Source of the DNA: Octopus sinensis
Lineage: Eukaryota
NCBI RefSeq assembly: GCF_006345805.1
Contig: NC_042998.1
Location: forward strand, 135,904,001 to 135,968,000
DNA: 64,000 nucleotides
Direction of reading: 5' to 3'
This document shows positions 40,301-54,035 of the stretch, one piece after another (position 1 is the stretch's first letter; each line of letters starts with the position of its first letter). Position numbers and translations under genes: made by a program. Under the pieces are notes generated by a model. That model was not told where the DNA came from. It searched no databases and was given only the letters and a program-made list of their open reading frames with translations.

Positions 40301-40470
40301 TGTAAAAAGCACTGAGTTCACTCTGCAGAGAGGTTGATGTTAGGAAGGGCATCCAGCCATAAAAACCCTACCAAAACAGATACAGTAAACTAGAGTAGTT
40401 TTCTACTTGGCTGGCTCCTCTCAACCATCCTACCCACGAATGCACGGAAGACGGATGTTAAAAGATGATG

Positions 40471-40505
<35 letters not shown>

Positions 40506-43400
40506 GACGCATGATAACAAGTGTACATTCTGGCACCTTGTCACCACCACATTTGCCTCTTTTTTTGGCATACTCCATCCACCTCATCTAAAATGCAAGG
40601 TAGCCACAAATCTCCACAACAGTAAACATGTTCCTGCTCCCCACATCATACCTTTCAACATCCTACTTGAAGCAGTTCAGTATTTTTACTAAAATAAACA
40701 ATTTATGAGTGCTAAAAGTAAAAAACCTGTTGTTAGTGTTGTTCATTTCTATGTAGCACAAATGAAGTAGACATATGATCAAAGCACTCCAGCCACGACC
40801 ATCACATTTATTTGTATATACTAGAGCCTACACTGTCCAATATATTATTTTTGTCTTTTGCAGTACAGTTTGATTTGAGGAAAATTTAGCTGCTCTTTCT
40901 AGCAGGTTGAGTGACTCACACAGAGGTTCAATCATTTTGTTGTGGCTTCTTAGAGAAAATTAGAATATTTCAGCAACTATTGATGATAAACATCTAAAAA
41001 TCTATCTGAGTGGATGGATATAAGTTGTCAGACTCATATCTAAGGAAGACAGTAATTTGTATCCTGTTACCCATCAGTGTTATTGGTATTTGGTGCCTGA
41101 TGTTACACTTAAAGCAGTCACAGAGCAAGTAGAATAACAGGAAGAGAATAAATTGGTGGTGAAGGGTCAAATGAACTGGAAATCACCATGTAGTTTGCGG
41201 GTTTAGCAAAACCAAAATCCTCTCACATGAAAATCAATAACCTAGAACATTTCCAAGATCTCTTGCAGAAGTTGACATTTAAGATTATAGAAATTAATTT
41301 GTTTAGTAGCACCATCTTGCAAGTAAATTAAATTTGGTCAAAAGTTGTACACAAGCTTCACTTCATTTTAAAGATACTTTCTTTTCTATTTTATAACCAT
41401 TCTTCAATGCTCAAGTGGGATTGTTCTCCAATTTCTGATTAATTTTGAATCATCATCATCATTACTATTATTATTATTATTATTATTATTATTACAAAGT
41501 TTTTAAAAATTTTTATTGAAAGTGTTAGTCAGATGGAAGCAATTAATTTATTGAATTTCATTCAAAAGGCCATGTCTGTTATTCAAAGGAAGTGAAAACA
41601 AGAGCAGTACTTCATTCATAAGAATCTGAAGTTCTCAAGAGCAGGAATTTTAGTATGACATAGTAGCCTTGAAAGACAAAAGAAATCAACTAACTGAAGC
41701 AAACCATTTGACTGTTAGAAGCATTTGGGGCTTTAGGCAAATGTGAATCTGAAGTGATAATATCTTGATATAAAACTGACTAGAAAGAAATAGGTTAGCA
41801 GCTAAAGGAACTGAGGCAGTTTGTCATGATTTCCATTTAGTAACAGAGATGTGTAGACACTTATTGATTAAGAGAGTTAATACAGTTCAAGCTATGTCTT
41901 TAGGTTAGGCATATTAGTTTATCTGCTTAGCTTAACTGAAAACAAGATGGTTTAGAGCCAAGTGAGTAGAAGCAAACATTTTTAGATGAAAAACTGTGAA
42001 ATAGTTATTTAACTTTTTTGCTACCCTATAACATGTACAGGCATGGTTGTGAGGTTAAGGAGCATGTTTCCCAACCATGTGGTCTCTGGTTCAGTCCTAC
42101 CATATGGCACCTTGGGCAAATGTTTTCTACTTTAGCCTTGGGCTGACCAAATGAACTTGATAGACAGAATCTGGAAAAAAGCCCCTTTGTGTATACATGT
42201 GTGTGTATATGTGTATGTTTATGTGAGTGCATGTGAGAGCATATATATGTGAGTGCATGTGTGCATGCATGTGTGCATGCATGTGTGTATGTGTCTGTGT
42301 ACCCTTGTTGTGATATCATGTAATGGTTGTAAATGAGAACCATCAAGATACAAACAAGTTTGTTTGTATCCAGTCTTCCATGCAAAAAACACCTGGTCGT
42401 GGGAATATATTACTTAACCTGGGAACAGGTAAGGGTTGGCAACAGGAAGAGCAACTGGCCATAGAAAATATGCCTTAACAAAATTCCATCTGACCCATGT
42501 AAGCATGAAAAACTGGATATTAAAATGATGATGATGATGATGATGATGATTGAAATTTGTTGCAACAGCTTCAATTAATATTCTAAATAATGAAGTATTT
42601 ACTATAATACCTTTATCATTATTAAAGCAGGTGTTTTTCATAGCATAAAATTAACATGAAAGTATAATGGAAGGTTTTTAATTCAGATAACTAAGAAAGC
42701 AAAGGTTGGTTTCATAGCAAGCGGTTTTGGATGGACGAGCTTGGTATGAAAAAGATTAATAGATTCAATTTCAAGTATTAATACACTATTCTTGTTTGTA
42801 CCCAGTAAATAAATTAACTATTTGCAGTTTATTACAATTTGCCAGAGATGTTCATAACATTCTAAATGTTATTATTAAACAGTTCAAACCTAAGATATTG
42901 TTTGCTAAGTCAACTGCAATCAAGCCAAACCACCATGGTTCATGTTGTATTGTTGTAGCAAGAGGAAGTCAATGTGGAGATAAGGGTGTGAATTGGAATT
43001 TACATTTCTACCACATAAAGTCAAGTGGTTTAACAGCATTATACATTACAATTTACTGAAGGTGAAACTGCATTTTATAGTGTGTATGTACGTGTGTGTA
43101 TGTATGTAAATATAATATATATATATACACACACAAACATACATACACACACACACACATATATATATATATATGTATGTATGTATATATTCACATATAT
43201 AAAGCATGCTATGGTTTTAATTTTGGATGCAATTTTTTGCTCCTAAGTCATGGCTGTGTGGTTGAGAAGTCGGTGTCCTAACCACCATAGTCTCAAGTTT
43301 AGTCCTTACTGAGTGGCACCTTGGGCAAGTGTCTTCTACAATAGCCCCAAGAGGACCAAAGCTTTTTGAATGGGCTTCACAAATGGAAAGTGAAAGAAAT

Positions 43401-43458
<58 letters not shown>

Positions 43459-43691
43459 TCTTTAATTATAAGCTGTCTGGGAGATATCTTATGGTAGAGG
43501 AATAGTATTTGACTGCTATTTCTAAATTTCGGTATGTGGTGAAGGAATTTGCTGAACCCTAATTAATATTATGCTTATAATTATAGAATTTTTGTACAAG
43601 GTTACCGATAATGGTTCTTTAACATACCGAACTACTTGGTAAAATTATTAATTATTAATTAATTAATTAATTTTACCCTTTATTATTATTG

Positions 43692-43746
<55 letters not shown>

Positions 43747-43987
43747 GAGAAAGAGAGAGAAAGAGAGAGATAATTGCATAGAATAAAATTAAATTAAGGG
43801 CACAGAAACTACCATGCCTATATGCTAGAAGTAGATGCCAAATACATCCAGCCACTATATGTTTCACTTCAAAAATACACAGGCTGAAAAGCATATAGGC
43901 ATGGTAGTATAGATGGAAGACCACACTATTCTTCTATAATATAATGAACTCTAGTGAACTTCCTCTCTCTATTATATATACATACAT

Positions 43988-44655
43988 ACGAACGTAGTAA
44001 GTAACAGGTAACCTTTGGGTAGTGTTTTGGACTCCGTTGTGTCTACCACACTGATAGGTTAGTACTGGCGCAATTTCTCTCTTACTCTATCCATACCAAT
44101 ATACAACCCAACCAATCGCAGCCTCCAAATGAATCACGTGAGGCAGTCTGTTCTAAACTACATTTGAGCTTACTGTTAGCTATAAAAACTCACCTCTTCC
44201 TAGTCTTGGAGTCTGTTGGTTCCAGACCTTCTAAGGTCTAACCACTGACAACATTACATTGCCACCATCATGTCTCTCACCAATGTCATCAACAACATCT
44301 CCACACAGCACCAACACACTGCACAGGTTCTAACATATCACTGTTCATGAGCTTCCTCACCAAGATTAACAGCTAACATACAACCCACATAGATGCATGT
44401 AGATATATGAATAAATGTCCATCAACCACTTCCATTTATCATTCAGCTTGTATATATATGTATGTATGTGAGGCCCACATTAAAGACATTTAAAGTCACC
44501 ACCTTGTTCCATGTATTTCTTTATACCGTGTTCCTGTCAAATGATATTACAGCCTTCTGAGTAGAGTCACATTAGATGGAATACAACTATCCATCTATAA
44601 TGGCAACAGGGTCCAAAACAGCACCTAAAGGTTAACTGTTACCTGCTACGTTCGT
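43988..44655. mobile_element. Non-autonomous element with 52-bp terminal inverted repeats and internal promoter-like motifs
   Basis: TIR 43988-44039 vs 44604-44655 match at 44/52. Internal CCAAT (44096, 44112), CACGTG (44135), TATAAAA (44181) and AATAAA (44410). Confidence 0.8.
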
Positions 44656-44756
44656 GTGTATGTATATATACTAGAAAGAGGAAGTTTACTGGAGTTCACT
44701 ACAGTAGCTTCTGTGCCCTTAATTATAATTGTATTCTATACAATTATCTATATCTA

Positions 44757-45791
44757 TCTCTCTATATATAAAACTGAGAATGTGTGTGTGTCTGTCTGTC
44801 TGTGTGTTTCCCTAAAACTTGAGAACTACACAACCAATTTCATTCAAATTTTACACATGCCTTACTTAGGGTCCATGTAGTTTCATGGGCAAAAAAATGT
44901 TCAACTTCTTGCCTAGAGCGAGCCCATAGCAATATCATATCTTTTCCACTATTTCAGTATTACGTGTTAAAAGTGAAACAAAAACATTTCTCTATTTTAT
45001 ATCAGATACTTTCACTTTAACAATAAAAATTAGAGATAATAATAACAATTGAATTATATGTAGTAAGTAATAATTAAAATCAAACTAAAGTATAATGTAA
45101 TTGTAACATAACAAAAGTAAAAATAGCAATTGGTATAAAATTGCATCAATGACTTGAACTTGAATAAGTGGTTTCACATGAATGGGAATAAATTAAAAAT
45201 AAAATTAGTGTGCAGAAATGGAATAGTCCAGATGGATAATAAAAAATCAAATTAAAGAAAAGACTATTGTCTATAAAGTATACAATGTAAAGAAAAAAGA
45301 AGATTTGAACACCTGGAGGAAAGCACCTTCGAAAAGCGTCTTGGTGCGACTATGAAAGATATCTCACCAGAGGCGGTAAATTCGCCACAATAGAAGCAAG
45401 GTTCAAGTCAACGGAGCATGCAAGCGAGTACTCGACTTGAACTTGCAAAGTGGAAATATTTTATTTTTACCTTTATATCTGGGACGTAGGACGTCCCAGA
45501 TAAAAATTTAAAATGCCCCCCCCCCCCCAAGTAGAAGTAGGCTGGATTGTAACCACACTTCTATACAAGAGGGAGGACAAGATTTAATTGATCGAAATTG
45601 CAAGAGACGGGCTAACAATTCCAGTCTGTTATATATTTTGAGAATTGTTATCACTAGCGATATCAAGATATAACTTTGTATTTTATATGTAGATGTATAT
45701 ATATAGATGTACATGTAATATGTACACATATATATACACATATATACATGCGCTAGCACTATGACCCGGCAACGACAGGTCTTAATGCTAG
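44757..45791 (+). mobile_element. Non-autonomous Helitron
   Basis: 5' A|TC..tctatatataaaa followed by (GT)/(GTCT)n and caatttcattcaaatttt. 3' hairpin gacccggcaacgacaggtc then CTAG|T at 45788-45792. Confidence 0.8.
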
Positions 45792-45887
45792 TATATCTCT
45801 ATATATGAATTTTACCTAAAAGGTTATTTTTTATATGCTGGCCACTGATAAAATCCATTAATCTTAATGATTTTATCCTTTAATTAT

Positions 45888-45920
<33 letters not shown>

Positions 45921-45924
<4 letters not shown>

Positions 45925-46199
45925 AGCGCCGCCTCGACTGGCTTCCGTGCCGGTGGCACGTAAAATACACCAATCCGACCGTGGCCGTTGCCAGCCTCGC
46001 CTGGCACCTGTGCAGGTGGCACGTAAAAAGCACCCACTATACTCACGGAGTGGTTGGCGTTAGGAAGGGCATCCAGCTGTAGAAACATTGCCAGATAAGA
46101 CTGGAGCCTGGTGCAGCCTTCTGGCTTCCCAGAACCCCGGTCGAACCGTCCAACCCATGCTAGCATGGAGAACGGACGTTAAACAATGATGATGATGAT
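45921..46199 (+). mobile_element. Young RTE 3' UTR copy inserted in (TA)n
   Basis: Near-consensus, CpG-rich copy of the 12.0-12.36 kb sequence, flanked on both sides by (TA)n. Confidence 0.8.
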
Positions 46200-46894
46200 A
46201 TATATATATATATATATATATATACGTTAAACGACGATGATGTAACAGTAATAAAATAAACCAATTATATATTTTACGTAGCGCAAACATTTATTGATAC
46301 AGAACTCAATATGCTGCATAGAGTGGATCGGTATATATGTATTATACATAGATGGGCTATTCATGATTGTTCACTGTTGTGAACAGCTCATCCAAGGATG
46401 ACACTAAGAGTAGACTATCAACTTTGATATAGTGTGTGTGTGTGTTTCTCTCTCTCTGTCTTGATATTGAGTGATAGATGTAAATGAGTTGTTACTATTA
46501 TACTAGCAATGACTTTCACTGCTAATTTTCCATGAAAATATGCCTGGTCATGTGGAAATATTACCTTGCTTGTAAAACAAGTGAGGGCTGGGCAACAAGG
46601 AGGGCATCCAGCCATAGTAAATCTACCTCAACAAATTACCATCTGACCCATAAGAACATGGAAAAGTGGATGCAATAATAATGATGGTAAAGATGATGAT
46701 TGATTACACATTTCCTGTGATACTTTATGAATAGTATATTATCACTTAAATATTGAAACATTCAGGTAAGTATCAGGTAACATAACCTGAGGTTCACCAA
46801 ACCTTTGGGAGAGAAATTTGGTAAATGGAAACTATGTGAAATCCCATAAGAGGGATTGTTCTTGTCTTTACATAGGAGACTTAACCCTTTAGCA

Positions 46895-47546
46895 CAGAGG
46901 TTGCCAAACTTTTCACTACAAAAGACCCCTTTTATTTAAATGAATTTTCCCACGGACCCCTTTTAATATGCTTATCCTTATGTGAATATATATATATATA
47001 TTGGAAGGTTTGGAGATGATGTACAGGTATTATATATTAGAAGAAATGAGGTAATCAGAAGATCGGATGGTTTATATTTACAGATATTTATTTATATATT
47101 ACATTTTTTACATATATATCATATCACTTAGATCATTAGCGCTTTCTCCCATTCTAGTGGGGTTTTCAAATCAAAATAATTCCTTTGTGGGGAATTTTAA
47201 TCATTTTATAGAGTTTCATAGTGGTGGGGAGGAATAAGACAGTACAAAAGGGTGAGGTGGATGAGGAGAAAGTGAGAGAGCGAACATGTGTGTATGTGTA
47301 TGTGTGTGTGAGTGTGTGTGTTTGTATCTGAGGCGAGTGCTAAAGAGAAAGAGGGAAGAAGAAGGAAAGAATTTTTTTTTGGTTAAATATCTGTAAATAT
47401 AAACCATCCGATCTTCTGATTACCTCATTTCTTCTAATATATATATATATATATCTGTATATGAAATTTTGAATTTAATTCACAGACCCCCAGTACTATC
47501 TTAGCGGACCACCAAGGGTCCTCAGACCACAGGTTGGGGACCACTG
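46895..47546. mobile_element. hAT MITE nested in the piggyBac MITE
   Basis: TIR cagaggttgccaaac / ggttggggaccactg; exact 8-bp TSD CTTTAGCA at 46887-46894 and 47547-47554. Confidence 0.85.
47031..47443. mobile_element. Element with perfect ~60-bp inverted ends inserted in (TA)n (inner layer)
   Basis: tatatattagaagaaatgaggtaatcagaagatcggatggtttatatttacagatattta (47031-47090) is the reverse complement of 47384-47443. Confidence 0.85.
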
Positions 47547-47789
47547 CTTTAGCATTCAGATTATTCTATCAAATGAAATGGCTTATTTATTCACATTATT
47601 TCGAATTAATCATGCATTATCTCATATCTTTGAGATTTTAATGATGTGACTGTTTATATTTAGAATAACATTGTAGGGTAGGTGTGAGAGCCTGGATCTG
47701 GTCAATTTAAACATAAAACAGATGGAATATTTTGGTTGTATATGGATGGTTTAAATACTAAAGGGTTAATTCTTAATCCGTTGTGCAGT

Positions 47790-48014
47790 TTAAACCTATT
47801 TGTTACCATATTTCTATTGAAATTAAATTGCTTTTGTTTCAAATAATTTTGGAAATAATTAAGTTTCTAAAATAGCTGTCATAATGAAGCTGGTGTTTGA
47901 AAGATAAATTTATATGAAATTTTGACAGATGTTAATTTAGAACACTTTACAACAGGAAGTGTGCATCATAGATCTAGGTGTCAGTCTCAGGTGGGTTGGT
48001 ATTAAAAGGGTTAA
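47790..48014. mobile_element. piggyBac-like MITE
   Basis: TTAA at both ends, 3' ...ggtattaaaaggg|TTAA; similar to 35494-35714. Confidence 0.6.
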
Positions 48015-51000
48015 CACCACCACTTGATCCATGAGTACCTTTAGTAGAGTCCACTCTGTTGCAAGCATTTGGACCAGATCTCTGGTCTAAGGCTAAATTC
48101 CTCTCTTCCTTTCAGAGTTCTTGAAAAGGTTCATGGGTGTTTCCTTTCCTCTTCTGACTAACTCATATAAAAACTTTAACCAAATAAAACCAGGTTTGAA
48201 TTTTTCATACAAAAGCTCATTCAGCATATCCTGTTTCTTTGCCTATGGTACAATACAGCTGATGTGTGTGAATATATCATGAGGGCAGCTTAGTGGCTGT
48301 ATTTAGGTTAAACTGGTGAATAATTGATATAATTGTGCTTATAGAGTTGATTAAACAATCTCTCTCTCTTTAAGAGCTATAAGCTAATATAAAATATAGT
48401 TAATAAATTCATATAAGTTAATAAAAGTTAAAATATATTAATAAAATAAAATATGTCAATAGAAGATATACAGTACATGGGATGAGAATGGACATCAAAC
48501 TATAGGAATCAAACTAAAAATGAAATACAAGTGAAATGTGGTCCTCTAGTCAGTCTGGGGGAGCAGTACTGTCACACATAAACTGACTCCAACCATGGCG
48601 ACCCATGGAAAGCAGACATGAAACAATGATGATGAAGAAGAGGAGAAAGAGGAGGTGGAGGACATACTTTCATGAGTCACCTGAATCACCTGAAATAATT
48701 ATTACAGACTAACAAGTTTTCTCAATCCCAACTGATGCGTGTCTCTACAACAACAACAGCAGCATCAACAAAATAATTATATGTACAAAATAATATATGT
48801 ACAAAATAAATATATGTACAAAAAAATTTCTTGAATATCTCAGCTATAGTTAATTCTTCAATGTTCTGATTACTACAGAATGCAAATCATTAAATTTCTG
48901 TATTAGTACTTCAGCACATAACAGTCATTCTCTGTGATTTAGTACAAACACTTCTTTGTTTTCTTATTCATGGACATTTTTCTAGGATTTCTCTTATAAT
49001 AATCATATTAAGTCATATAACAGTTATTTTAAGATAATGATGATACAAATTTGTTTTCATTCTTCTTGTTGTCTAAGAGGAAGCACAAATCTGCTACAGA
49101 TAATGGTAGAAAACCAACACAAACAAGAAGAAAAACTAATATAAATGAAGTAAAAAATACAATGTTGAAGTTCTGAGAATGCTAAAAGGGCAAAACACAA
49201 GAAGCATGTTTTTAAAGAGTTCTTGTGTAACCCCAGGATAGACCCAATTGAGTGGAGAAATTATGACCAAAACAGTGCAACTATAACCATCCCATATTAA
49301 ACTAAGATCAGATTACATCTCAGATCACCTCCCTCTATATTATTCCTCGATCCCCACCTAACTGAGGTCATTATCTTGCAAGTTACTTAGTGACCCTACA
49401 CTCCTGGCGCTGGGCCATGGAAAAAGTACCCAGTACACACTATAAAATGGTTGGTATTAGGGAAGATACCCAACTATTGAAATTGTGCCAAATCAGACAA
49501 TAGGGCTTGACTTCCCTGCCGGCTTGCCAGCTCTTGTCAAACCATCCTACCCAGCATGGAAAAAGGATGTTAAATGATGATGATGATTTTTCTCCCCCTT
49601 TTAATACAGAAGGGTTTGATTTGAGAGAAATTTAGTGTTATTTCTAGCAGTAACTGCATAGAGGTTACTGAATTGGTTCATACTCCTTACTTAAAGGAGA
49701 CAGGGAAGTGACTTCTGTAGATCATCTCGGGTGGTGAGACTGATGCTGATTTGTGTTCACTATGAGTATCTCTAAAAGAGAGTCACAAATAAGTTACTGT
49801 ATGATACAGTGAGAGGGGGGGGTGGCAAGTGTGCAAAAAACCAGTGAATTACAGAGATGTGGTTGGAAGAACATCAAGAAAGTTCTGAGAACTGGTTGTT
49901 TTAGTACAGGTAGACAGGTAGCAGAGAGAAGAAATAAAACATTTGGCACTAACGCTTATAACATTGTAGGGATTGGGTCTTTGTGAGGCAGTTGAAAGGA
50001 CTTCTTTTGGTTGTGGTCATTGTTCTTTTTTTTTTCGCTTTTTTTTTATTGGTTTGGTGTTGCGAAAGGGGCCATGCATAGGACCTTCACAGACCCACTG
50101 AAGTCTAGAAGATTTATGTTATAATCCTGAATTTATCAGCAGTAATATAATGTAGGTGAATTTGGAGCTTTGTAGATGGGCAGCTGTTTGGTTAAAGAAG
50201 TTTCCACCATATGGTTTCAGGTTTCATGACACTGCATGGCACCTTGGGCAAGCATCTTCTACTTAACCTTAGATTCACCAAGCCTTGTTAGTGATATTTG
50301 GTAGGCATAAACTGTGCAGAGTTCCATCATGTGTGTGTGCACATGTTTGTATGTGTGAATGTGCATGCATGTGTGTGTGTGTGTGCATGTGCTTGCATGC
50401 ATGTGTGCTTATGCCAGTATAAATCTGGATCCAAAAGAAGTCTTTAAAGGGACATATATAAGTAAACTTAACCATTTGATAAATGAATGTCAGGCAAAGT
50501 ATGGTGTCAATATAATTAGCTAAACCTTTTGAAAGTTCCAGTTTGGCTGCAATTCAATGACTGGAACCAAGAAGAAAAGTACTCACATTCAGTACTAAAT
50601 AGAATCACTTATTCTAACAACAGGTACTTGACTTATGCCACCTTTTGTAACCAGTAAGTGACCAACTCTGAACAATTGTGAATATCAGAATCGAGTTAAA
50701 TACTACTTTGAACCAGTTTCGAACTGAACATCAATTAGATCAACTTCCCAAATCAAGGCAAGTCCAGACAAGTCACAACTAACTTACATCCACTACAGAC
50801 TAGACAACACAAAACAAGGATTTTTTAGAAGACCTTTCAGATTAAGTCAAACTTCTAATCCCAACACTAATCCTGGGAGTATATTTAGCCTTGCTCTAAA
50901 ACAATTTTGGATTTATAACACCTATTGATTACCAAATTTATATCAACACATAATTTATTCTGATATTTACTAACATGATAGCAAGAACCTTTATGGTTCT

Positions 51001-53734
51001 AACATTATTGAAACTGAATAACTCCTATTTATGGTGATGACACTTTCAGTATATTATCTGAATACATACTATCTAAAGGTATCCTCTAACATCTCTTTGT
51101 CCCACTGCACTAACTGCCCTCCCCCAATTGCTTCTTCACTTTTTCATACTCTTTCCCATCTTTCTTCCTTTGACCAACCTCCACAACACCTCAACCTCTC
51201 CTTCTTCCAATGGCTTTCAGGATTCCTCTCCACCTTAGTCTACAGACACCTCTCTGTCCCATTCCCCTCACATCTTCTGTCAAAACTCACCATTATAAGG
51301 TAGGATAGTCACAGTCCCCCCATACACACATGCTGCACAACCCACTCTATTAACCACTCATCTTTCTTAATAACCCATGTCACAAATCCCTTCCCTCTTG
51401 TCTTTTCCCTGTGCTCCCACACCCCAATTAGTCACTACTAATTGCTACTCTCCTCACCTTTACCACTCTATAGCAACTATAAATCCCTTGCTTTCATCTT
51501 AACCTCCCTCATCCTCCAGTCTAGAATTATCACCCACTCTCTCTGCTATTCTCCTTAATTACAAGGGTCACTATAAGTTTTTTTTTCCTTGCAAAATACA
51601 AAGCAATCTTCAGAAGTACTTGTGCCAAGGTAAAAGAAGCCAGTACACTCCTGTATCGGTTGGCATTAGCAAAGGCAACCAACAGTAGAAATCATGCCAA
51701 ACAAGGCACTATCATGACAGTCCTCTGACTTGTCATATCCTGTAAAACTGTGTAACCCATGCCAGCATGGAAGCCAGATGTTTCATAATGCCATCAATAC
51801 TGACAATGCCCTCTCTCTCCTTCTCTTTCTCATTGGATATCAACCTTTAAATAGTTTTCAAGTCAGACTAGAAATATTTTCATATAGGATTAATTAGTTC
51901 TTGTGTTTTATGTAGTTATGTTATTATCTTCATACAGTAATTGCCAAGTCTACACAACCAAATGATTTATACTGGATATTAACGGATATATAATCAGTCT
52001 TACTGAAGCAATATGTGTAGTAGTAATAGCATGAAAGCAAACTCTGAAATCTGAGGAATCTAGTGTTGATCTGATTCAATTTTGGGGCAAAACCAGCAAT
52101 CCAATAAGCATAATCATCAACCTAATTAGTCAATAGGTATATTCATAGAAGAGTTTGTTTTTAAAAGATTTTTACTGTATTTTTTCTCAAGTTGGAAAGG
52201 ACGACTATTTTTCTTATTAGTGCTATTTTGAACAGTTTGACTCATTTTTGTTGCAAAGTCAAAATGCATTCTTTGTACATAAATATTTCTCTGTGCTGTT
52301 TTGTATTTTTAGTGTTACAATCTTTGCCTATTTATTTCTTGTTATTGTACTTCGCTTATTCCTGTCCTTGTTCTCCTATCATGTCCACTCATTTATATTC
52401 CAGCAAGTTGTATTGCTGACAATACCAAATTGAATATTGTCAGGAGTTGTTGAAATTGTGGTGATATTTGGTCAACAATAGATAAGGAATGGCGCTTGTG
52501 CACATGTGTGTGTGTGTGTGCATGCATGCACACAGGCGTTTTTTCATAAATTTAATTGTTGTTCCCCTGTCCCACATTTTCATTATTTTGATAGAAATGT
52601 TTGATGTGTTTGTTCGCTTTGAGTGAAGAATTCAATGTTTCAAGCTCTCACCCTTTGTTTGAATGAAAAAGAGAGAGAGGGGGGTTAGAGGAGAGAGAGA
52701 AAGTGGTCTTGTTACTTTGAGTTTAAACACAGTTGCCTGAAATGTTAAATTCTTCACTCATCAAAGTAATTCACCTTATTGAACTCTCCTAACAATACAG
52801 TATTGGCTAAGTTGAGATCCTTCAGCCATTATATCTGCATGTTCTGCTTATTAGTTACAACAACCAAATAATCTTACAGCAAGATTAGACCTATTTTCTT
52901 ATACATGATTAACAAATACACTCTAAGGTGTTTTACATAGTTGTTCTAGCTATCTATATTTTCCAGTATAAGGCAGTTGCAGGAGTTTGTCCTTTACTGA
53001 TGAAACAAAACATGCATGATCAATGGCTAGGATGGATGGAGAGCGAGGTTGGGAGAATAGTCAAACTTGATTAAAAGAAAAGGCACAAAATCTTTATTAA
53101 CAAATGCATTTGAATATGACCACATTGATTCTATGATACAAACTTGCCATTTTATAGGGATCTAAATAAAAATCTTCTATAAAAATTTGATGTTGCACAG
53201 TAGGACCAAACCTGAAACCTCATGGTTGTGAAGCAAACTTCTTAACCAGAGCTTTGCTTGTGCCTATAATTCTATCCTTTTATAATTACATCTGATTAAT
53301 ATAAATGATTTAATTAGTAATTAAAAACATCCAGGAAAGGAATAAAGAAATGTTTCTGAGTTCAAAATCTGATTAATTAATTATTAATAAAATTATTCAA
53401 TATGCAAAATCAAATTTTGCCAATCTCACTCATCTCATAAATTTATCAGAGAGCACCTTCCTCAAGTGCTTCTTGAAAATGATGAGGGCTTGGCCAGGGC
53501 AGAAAACCACTGTCTGTAAATCTTTCAACCACATCCACCATATAACTTCCTTTGCCTGTAGCTGCCAAATAGAGGAAGGCTACTTGTTTTTACTTGCCAA
53601 AGAAAATGAGATGGTTTATCTAAACAACTGACTCAACTGATTATCAGATCCATCCTACTTATGATAATAGGTATTCAAGATAAATTTGACTGTTTTTGTC
53701 TCATTTTTTCAGGAACAGCTTGACATATTGGAGA

Positions 53735-54035
53735 ATGTACCATGAAAACAAAGTTCCCAAAAATGTAATGGTCATTGGATAAGTCTCCAGTGGTGATGAC
53801 ATCATATTGCCCAACATCTTTGAAATAGGCTTTAGGCTCAATTCAGACAGCAACGTGAAGCTGCTAGAGACTGTGATCAAACTCTGGCTGGAGAGGGTTG
53901 CTGCTGGAAGGCCATGTTTATGGCAGCAAGATTCAGCTCCATGCCTTACTTCCAGAAAAAGTCAGGAGTCACTGTTAGAGAATTGTTACAACTTCACCAG
54001 CCCCAATTTCTGGTTTTTTAAATTCTCCTGATCAT
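53735..54035 (+). mobile_element. Tc1/mariner-superfamily (maT/DD37D-like) transposase fragment
   Basis: KFP.NVMVIG*VSS...LPNIFEIGFRLNSD...LETVIKLWLERVAAGRPCLWQQDSAPCLTSRKSQ..L.EN...PNFW..NSPD. Confidence 0.8.

Larger units (their letters stand above)
46885..47765. mobile_element. piggyBac-like MITE (outer layer of a nested stack)
   Basis: TTAA|ccctttagca ... aatactaaaggg|TTAA. Confidence 0.8.

Noticed and set aside
50520-52070. Possible second, very decayed Penelope-like element on the plus strand
   Set aside because: Only faint motif remnants; not supportable by eye.
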